In this document: positions 58,001 to 64,000 of the stretch, in pieces
How the letters are laid out: each line of letters starts with the position of its first letter
Position numbering within the stretch: position 1 is the first letter of the stretch
Source: an uncultured delta proteobacterium
Lineage (GTDB): Bacteria; Desulfobacterota; Binatia; UBA9968
Direction of reading: 5' to 3'
Assembly: GCA_963816145.1 (NCBI GenBank)
Contig: CAWFJP010000001.1
Span: 192,001 to 256,000, forward strand
DNA: 64,000 bases
Made by a program: the position numbers and the translations under genes
Notes under the pieces: model-generated
What the model was told of the DNA's origin: nothing
Seen by the model: the letters and a program-made list of their open reading frames with translations, nothing else
Database searches by the model: none

Positions 58001-59572
58001 ATGTCAGACGCGGTAACCACACCGGCATTAGCGCTCCCCGACGGCAACAGGAAATTGAAAAAAGGCCTGCTCATCGGCAGCGGCGTATTTGCCACCCTGC
58101 TCGCCGTCCTCCTCATCGTACCCCACTTTGTCGACTTGGGGCTGTTCAAGCGAACCTATTTGCCGCTCATCGAAGACGCCCTCGGCCGGCGCGTCGATGT
58201 CGGCGAAGTGCATCTGCGCCTGGTACCGACACCATCGATCCAAATATCCAAGCTGCGCGTCTCCGAGAGCCAATCCTTCGCCGGCAACACGTTCTTCGCG
58301 GCGCAGCAGGTGCAGCTCAAACTCCGACTTTTACCTTTGTTGCGCGGCCGCTTCGAAGTCACCGAGCTAGTGCTCGACAAGCCGGTTTTCAATTTGTTGA
58401 AGCAGGCGGACGGCAGCTTCAATTATTCCGATATCGCCACCAAGAAGGCACCGTCAACGCCGCGCCGCGAGGCCAGGAAGAAGCCCGAAGGCGGCAGCAA
58501 AAGCGTCGAAGCCATACCGCTGGTGCTGCCCAGCCGCATACGCGTCCACGACGGCCATCTGAATCTCGCCACCAAAGGTCAAACACCGGTCAACATCAAA
58601 GGAATCGACCTAGCCCTACAGGAAATGTCCAGCGACTCACCATTCCCGTTCCGCGCCTCGTTTCAATATCCCGGACTCAACACCGTCGCCCTGGAAGGCC
58701 AGTTGGACTACCAGGAAGAAAAAGCCTTGCTCGAACTCAAAAACAACCGCTTGAAGATCCAAGATTTGACGTTTCCGGTCCAAGGCAGCGTCAGCAACCT
58801 GACGACAACACCGAAGGTAAATCTGGGTTTGCACCGCGACGACGTCGACGCCAAGCCGATCTTCCAGATCCTGTCGGTCTTCGGCTTGGCTCCCGGCGAC
58901 ACGGAAATCTCCGGTCCCATGGGGCTGAACATGACGGTTGCCGGTCCATCGAACGCGCTGGTCACCGAGATACGCGGCGTTTTTAAAAACGTTTACGTTA
59001 AAGGCAAACGCGCCTTGAAGGGCAACCTGACCGGCGAGGTAAGCATCCGGCTGCCTCTTGGCGGCGGCCGAGTGAGCCAACGTTTGCAGGGTAACGGCAA
59101 ACTAGTCGCCCGCGACGGCGAGCTGACCAATGTCAACCTGATCAAAAAAATTCAGCGCGTCACCGGCATGATCGGCTTGACGCCGGACCAGCAGCGCGAA
59201 GCGACGACTTTCAAGACCATGGAGGGTGACTTCACCGTCGCTGGTGGCGTCACCGATTTCTCGCGTCTCTATCTAGTCAATCCGCAGATGGAAGTCACCG
59301 GCAACGGCACCATGACTCTCGAACAACCAACGCTCAATATCTTGCTCAATACCAGCCTGTCGCCGCTCGCGTCAGCACGCACCGGGCGCGGCCGCAGCGC
59401 GAGCTTTTTAAAAGACGGCCAAGGACGCATCGTCGTCCCTCTCAAAGTCACCGGCCCGGTGGAAAACCCGACGGTGAATTTGAACGCCGAAAAGCTCGGC
59501 GAATCCGGCCTGCCGAAAACATTGGAGAAAGGTTTCACGTCGTTTTTCAAGAATCTTTTTCGCGGCCGATGA
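58001..59572 (+). CDS. AsmA family protein
   Basis: N-terminal TM anchor, ALGRRV, LRLLPLLRG, beta-rich body, VPLKVTGPVENP. TATAAT at 57973 favours the 58001 start. Confidence 0.85.
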   Translation: MSDAVTTPALALPDGNRKLKKGLLIGSGVFATLLAVLLIVPHFVDLGLFKRTYLPLIEDALGRRVDVGEVHLRLVPTPSIQISKLRVSESQSFAGNTFFAAQQVQLKLRLLPLLRGRFEVTELVLDKPVFNLLKQADGSFNYSDIATKKAPSTPRREARKKPEGGSKSVEAIPLVLPSRIRVHDGHLNLATKGQTPVNIKGIDLALQEMSSDSPFPFRASFQYPGLNTVALEGQLDYQEEKALLELKNNRLKIQDLTFPVQGSVSNLTTTPKVNLGLHRDDVDAKPIFQILSVFGLAPGDTEISGPMGLNMTVAGPSNALVTEIRGVFKNVYVKGKRALKGNLTGEVSIRLPLGGGRVSQRLQGNGKLVARDGELTNVNLIKKIQRVTGMIGLTPDQQREATTFKTMEGDFTVAGGVTDFSRLYLVNPQMEVTGNGTMTLEQPTLNILLNTSLSPLASARTGRGRSASFLKDGQGRIVVPLKVTGPVENPTVNLNAEKLGESGLPKTLEKGFTSFFKNLFRGR

Positions 59573-59630
59573 TTAGGCTGGTCAAAGGCTTTGACGTGAC
59601 GCCGCGACAGCGGAACGATCGAGATAACCG

Positions 59631-61004
59631 TCAATCCCGCGCTTCCGGCGGCGGCAGGCTCACAATTAAACTCTGCAAACTTTTCCCCTCCAAAGCTTGG
59701 GTTGTTGAAAGATCGATCTTGGCGAGCAGGTCGTCAATCTCATCCTCTTCCGGGCTGCGATCTTCCGGCACTTTGGCTTTCTTGCCGGAGTTTCTGACAC
59801 AATCGAGAATGGCTTTGATACCGATGGTTTCCGGGTCGCGGCCCAAAACATAGCTCTCGCCATCGTTCAACGGTAACACCAGCCGGGCTTCAGCGAACAT
59901 TTCCAAGATTTCTAAGACAACCCCCCCGGGTACCTTCAAATGCACCGCCAACTCAGAGACGGTCAAAGGATCGAGACCGTAGTAAAAATTGCGGCCGACG
60001 AGGTGGAGCGTGTGCAGCGCCAGCTTCTCGCGCCCCGCTGGGCTCTGGGCCAAGAATTGGCGATCGCCTTGGAAAAAATAGATATGCTGGTGCGCGTAGG
60101 CTACCTGCGCGCCGAGCAGAACGAGGACCCAACCAATGTACAGCCAAAGGAGGAACAGCAACAAGATCGCAAAGCTCGAATAGATCGCATAGTATTGCGT
60201 TGAAGACGCGACGAACTTGGCGAACCCCCAGCCCACCGATTGCCAGAGAATCGCTGCAATCAAGCCGCCGACCGCGGCGGAGCGCAGTCTTACTCGAGTG
60301 TTCGGGATAAAAACATATACAAAGGTGAACGCGCCCCAAAGCGTAAAATACGGCACCAGCCGCAACAATGTCAGCACCAGCTTGCCGAGGGCTTCGAGGG
60401 ATAACAGCGCGCGCACGATGGCAGAGTTCTGCAAGGTCGCCGTGATCGTCATCGCCACGAACACCAACACCGGCCCGACCAGTATCGCGGACAAATAATC
60501 GCTGAATTTGCGCGTCAGCGTGCGCGCCGCCCGCACCCGCCAGATATGATTGAAGCCATCTTCGATGCTATCCATCAAAGAAAGCACGGTAATGAGCAGC
60601 GCCACCAAGCCCACCGCACCGAGTGCCCCGGCGCTCATCTTGTCAACGAAACCGATCAGGTAAACGGTGATCTCCCGGCCTTTCTCGCCCAAGGGCGCCA
60701 GCGCCTGGGCCAGCACCGGCTCCATGCGATTATGCACGCCGAACGCCTTAAGGATGGAGAACAGCACCGCCAACAGCGGTGCGAGCGATAGCAACGTCTT
60801 GAACGCCAGCGCCATCGCCTGCAGGTTCACCAGGTTGTGAAAAAAATCCTGCCACACCATGACGACGATCTTGAGGGCGGAATGAAGCCAGCGCTTGACG
60901 CGCGTCAGTTCGCCGAGCTCGGTTTGCATGACCCGCTCGACCATTTGGTTCTTCATCTGCAGAATCGATCGCTTGGGTTTATGAGTTATGCGGCTGGTAG
61001 CCAT
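59631..61004 (-). CDS. YihY/BrkB family membrane protein with C-terminal winged-helix-like domain
   Basis: ALAFKTLLSLAP, FNHIW, IPNTRV, IYSSFA, LLWLYIGW, LLGAQ. Confidence 0.9.
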   Translation of the reverse strand: MATSRITHKPKRSILQMKNQMVERVMQTELGELTRVKRWLHSALKIVVMVWQDFFHNLVNLQAMALAFKTLLSLAPLLAVLFSILKAFGVHNRMEPVLAQALAPLGEKGREITVYLIGFVDKMSAGALGAVGLVALLITVLSLMDSIEDGFNHIWRVRAARTLTRKFSDYLSAILVGPVLVFVAMTITATLQNSAIVRALLSLEALGKLVLTLLRLVPYFTLWGAFTFVYVFIPNTRVRLRSAAVGGLIAAILWQSVGWGFAKFVASSTQYYAIYSSFAILLLFLLWLYIGWVLVLLGAQVAYAHQHIYFFQGDRQFLAQSPAGREKLALHTLHLVGRNFYYGLDPLTVSELAVHLKVPGGVVLEILEMFAEARLVLPLNDGESYVLGRDPETIGIKAILDCVRNSGKKAKVPEDRSPEEDEIDDLLAKIDLSTTQALEGKSLQSLIVSLPPPEARD

Positions 61005-61125
61005 AAATCTGGACTGTTCGTGAAAAAGAAATGTGAATCAGAGCTTACCAGCTTTAACTGCCACCGACAAAGGAACGGCCGGTTGATTGACAAGGCGAAA
61101 CCTCGCTCGCTATGCTGCGCACAAC

Positions 61126-62457
61126 ATGTCATCCACCGGCTCCCCACTGCTAGAAAACGCATCCCGGCGCGGTCTCAATTTCCCCGGTCTCGTCGCCCTG
61201 ACTTTTTTCTGCGTCGCCGGCGGCGCCTATGGCCTTGAAGATGGCGTCAGTGCCGCCGGGCCACTGGTCATGCTTATGGGTGTAGCGATTCTCCCCTGGC
61301 TCTGGAGCTTGCCGACAGCGCTAATGACCGCGGAACTATCGACCGCCATGCCGGAGGACGGCGGCTATGTCGTTTGGGTCGAAAGGGCCTTCGGCAGATT
61401 CTGGGGCTTTCAGGAAGGCTGGCTCAGCTGGCTGTGCAGCTTCGCCGACAACGCGCTCTATCCGGTAATGTTCGTCGACTATCTCGTTTACCTGCGCGGT
61501 GACATGTCGCCGCTCGAGCGCTGGCTGATCGCCGCGGCGCTCGTCAGCATCATCACCTGGCTCAACATTCGCGGCATTCGCTTGGTCGGCTTGAGTTCCA
61601 TCGTCTTCACCTGCCTCGTACTCGCCCCCTTCGCGGTCATGCTTGTGCTCGGCCTGCCGCAAGTGTCGCCCGCCAACTGGCTGCAACGAACCGCCGGCAC
61701 CGACTGGCCGCTGTTGCTGAGTATCTTGTTATGGAACACCTCGGGGTGGGACAACGCCGGCTGCTGCGCCGGTGAAGTCAGCGCGCCCAATCGCGCCTAT
61801 CCGCGCGCCATGATCCTCACCGTGATTTTGGTCACTGCAGCGTACTTGTTGCCGCTGGCTGTGGGCACCGGGATTGACACCGATTGGCCGCAGTGGAAAG
61901 AGGGTTATTTCCCCAAGATCGCCGCGCAGATCGGCGGCCCATGGCTGGGCACCTGGCTGACAGTCGCGGCGCTGATCAGCGCCGCGGGCATGTTCAGCGC
62001 GTTACTCTGCACCTCGGCGCGGGTCCCCTTCGCCATGGCGCAGCGCGCGATGCTACCGGGGCCGCTGGCCACGACTCATCCGCGCCATGACACGCCCTGG
62101 CGCGCGATTCTCATCAACAGCGCCGGGGTTGCCGTACTTATCCCGTTTTCATTTCAGGAACTGATCGAAGTCGACATGTTTCTCTACGCCGCGGCATTGC
62201 TTTTGGAATTCGCCGCGCTGGTGTGGTTGCGCATCAAGCGACCAGAGATGCCCCGGCCGTATAGAATTCCGTACAGCACCACCGGTGTGACCGCTCTGTG
62301 CATTGCGCCGGTGATACTGTGTCTGCTCAGCATCGCGCTATCGAACCCAGCGACAAAATACGTCGGCCTGGGCGGTATCGCGATCGGCCTGATGGTTTAT
62401 CGCTGGCAAACGCGAGCGACGCCGGCGGCGGAAATCGAAACCGCGCCGATTGCATAA
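61126..62457 (+). CDS. APC family amino acid/polyamine permease
   Basis: GGAYGLE, AELSTAMPEDGG, GWD, RPYRIP; about 12 TM helices. Confidence 0.92.
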   Translation: MSSTGSPLLENASRRGLNFPGLVALTFFCVAGGAYGLEDGVSAAGPLVMLMGVAILPWLWSLPTALMTAELSTAMPEDGGYVVWVERAFGRFWGFQEGWLSWLCSFADNALYPVMFVDYLVYLRGDMSPLERWLIAAALVSIITWLNIRGIRLVGLSSIVFTCLVLAPFAVMLVLGLPQVSPANWLQRTAGTDWPLLLSILLWNTSGWDNAGCCAGEVSAPNRAYPRAMILTVILVTAAYLLPLAVGTGIDTDWPQWKEGYFPKIAAQIGGPWLGTWLTVAALISAAGMFSALLCTSARVPFAMAQRAMLPGPLATTHPRHDTPWRAILINSAGVAVLIPFSFQELIEVDMFLYAAALLLEFAALVWLRIKRPEMPRPYRIPYSTTGVTALCIAPVILCLLSIALSNPATKYVGLGGIAIGLMVYRWQTRATPAAEIETAPIA

Positions 62458-62502
62458 ATCATTCATACTCAGAGTATTTGCGCTGCGGCATGATCGCCGA
62501 TC

Positions 62503-63099
62503 TCAATCGACCGGCCGGCTAATCCGGCAGCGCGGCGAAATATCTTCGGCAGCGCCGTAGTGGAGATGAATTAAACCCGCTTCTCCGGCAGACGGCGCGA
62601 ACAAGAACAGGTCGGAAAACACGTTGTCGCAAATCGTCGGCAGACTCGGTCCGCCGAGAGCGGCGATAACCCCGGTGACTGTGATATGCCCGACTATGAG
62701 CACCGTCTCGTCCTTGTAACGGCGCACCGCCGCCGCAACTTCTTCGACATTCTCCCGTGCCTTTCCTTCCAGCACCGGAATCACCTGCGGCGTGAGACGT
62801 AGCAATTTTGCCAGCGGTTGGGCGGTATCGCGCGTGCGCCGCCATTGGGTCGTGATAATCCTGGTAATCCCGGCATCGCGCAGCGTTTCGGCGAGCGCTT
62901 GGGCACGGGCTTCACCGGCAGCGACCAGTGGCGGATCCTCTCCCTCCGACTCGCGCTCGGTATGACGCACAAGAAAAACTTGGCGCGGCGCCGTCAGCAA
63001 ATCGCCATCATGAGGGCGCGTCACGGCGCAACTCAGATTGCTCGCGATCACCCAGAGCAGCAGCAGGCGCCGGATAAATTTGATCGGGGAAGACAGCAT
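62503..63099 (-). CDS. Histidine phosphatase family protein, probably exported
   Basis: VFLVRHTE, RTRDTA, LIVGH; N-terminal hydrophobic stretch ending in Cys. Confidence 0.85.
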   Translation of the reverse strand: MLSSPIKFIRRLLLLWVIASNLSCAVTRPHDGDLLTAPRQVFLVRHTERESEGEDPPLVAAGEARAQALAETLRDAGITRIITTQWRRTRDTAQPLAKLLRLTPQVIPVLEGKARENVEEVAAAVRRYKDETVLIVGHITVTGVIAALGGPSLPTICDNVFSDLFLFAPSAGEAGLIHLHYGAAEDISPRCRISRPVD

Positions 63100-63140
63100 C
63101 GGTCTTTGAGATCGGGGGAAAGCTGTGAGTACGCCGTATC

Positions 63141-63536
63141 TTACGCAAACTCCGTCGCCTTGCCGCAGTTGGGGCAAGCCCGCCATTCGACTTGAATCGC
63201 GTAGCCGCATTTCGAACAAAGATGGCGCGACATGATGCGCGGCGACGGCTCAGATAGCTGCGGCCCTTCCGCCCAATATACGCCGGTGAACAGACTGGTC
63301 TTGCAGGAGGTCGTTATAGACCGGCCGGAACGATCGACGTAAGTGACATCGTAGTGGCGTTCCCCTTTCTCGAAGAACCAGCCGCGCCCGAAGGGATTCC
63401 AGGTAATCGATACAACCCGGCCCAGCCTCGTCTCGACCTCGTCTTTGATGCGGCCTTTATCAAAAAAATGCATGGCGATGCGTACGCCGATCACGCCAAC
63501 GAGTATCAAGAATCCAACATAATATCTTTGATCCAT
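63141..63536 (-). CDS. Membrane-anchored hypothetical protein with C-terminal zinc ribbon
   Basis: N-terminal TM helix; CSKC...CPNCG. Confidence 0.7.
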   Translation of the reverse strand: MDQRYYVGFLILVGVIGVRIAMHFFDKGRIKDEVETRLGRVVSITWNPFGRGWFFEKGERHYDVTYVDRSGRSITTSCKTSLFTGVYWAEGPQLSEPSPRIMSRHLCSKCGYAIQVEWRACPNCGKATEFA

Positions 63537-63615
63537 AGCCCTCGGTCCGGTCAACTACTATCGCCCGCCATTTTCCTATGACAGGGACGATCTCGCAAGT
63601 TACAATTGCCCGAAT

Positions 63616-64000
63616 TCACTGCTTGTAGATCCGGCTGATGAACCCTTCTTTTTCCAACTCCAAAACCAAACTGTCGTCGACGAGATCGTCCACTTTCAGA
63701 TAACTGCCGGGTTTGCGCGAAACGGCGTCCTTCACCTGCACATCCATGCCCTCGCGATTAACCAGCGGCACCTGCTCGAACAACTTAGCGCTGCTTTGAT
63801 AGGCCGCTTCGAGGAATGCTTCGTTGCTATGACGGGTGAACTTCGCCATGATTTTCTTGCTCTCTTCCTTGCGGGTTTTGTAGAAGTGCACTCCATCGAT
63901 GAGCGCCATCAGCAACCGTTTCACCGTATCGCGGCTGCCTTTCAAAAAGGCCTTCGACGCAGTCGGGCACACATAGGGGAAGGGGAAGCCCTTGGGGAAA
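63616..64000 (-). CDS. ABC transporter substrate-binding protein, NMT1/SsuA-like (5' end outside the window)
   Basis: C-terminal pattern DTVKRLLMALIDGVHF...DLVDDSLVLELEKEGFI. Confidence 0.75.
   Translation of the reverse strand, partial: FPKGFPFPYVCPTASKAFLKGSRDTVKRLLMALIDGVHFYKTRKEESKKIMAKFTRHSNEAFLEAAYQSSAKLFEQVPLVNREGMDVQVKDAVSRKPGSYLKVDDLVDDSLVLELEKEGFISRIYKQ

Noticed and set aside
1-64000. CRISPR arrays, tRNA/rRNA genes, prophage structural genes, known anti-phage defence genes
   Set aside because: None recognised. The only tRNA-like sequence is the tmRNA terminus, and the short-period repeats lack unique spacers.

Overview
Bacterial chromosome segment. Gene content (NMT1/SsuA-type binding protein, Liv ABC system, STAS gene inside the dcw cluster, many palindromic intergenic repeats) suggests a deltaproteobacterium-like lineage such as Candidatus Binatia; this is inference only. 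It has two parts. (1) 1-14.6 kb is a decaying genomic island attached to the 3' end of tmRNA, with a dead tyrosine-integrase remnant, an intact IS1182 and an IS91 fragment. Its cargo looks like a ceramide/sphingolipid synthesis-and-tailoring locus: a bCerS/YghO-like GNAT acyltransferase, two CDP-alcohol phosphotransferases, a glycosyltransferase-methyltransferase-ELM1 fusion, a 2OG-Fe(II) oxygenase, an LpxL-like acyltransferase, a P450, a sulfotransferase, and an unannotated pseudogene fragment resembling the N-terminus of DEGS1-type sphingolipid delta-4 desaturases. This is the best candidate for an undescribed system; serine palmitoyltransferase is not in the window. (2) 14.6-64 kb is core genome: ssrA-smpB, panBC with a pan-motif-like leader and terminator, nagZ, mtnA-gshA, acpS, livK, ddl, a dcw cluster (mraZ to ftsZ) with an inserted STAS gene and MraZ boxes, rnpB, rnhA, livHMGF, asmA and transporters. 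nagZ and murF each carry a +1 frameshift, probably sequencing errors. Intergenic DNA holds nested palindromic repeats and hairpins built from 7-8 nt tandem units. All calls come from motif recognition; no searches were run.
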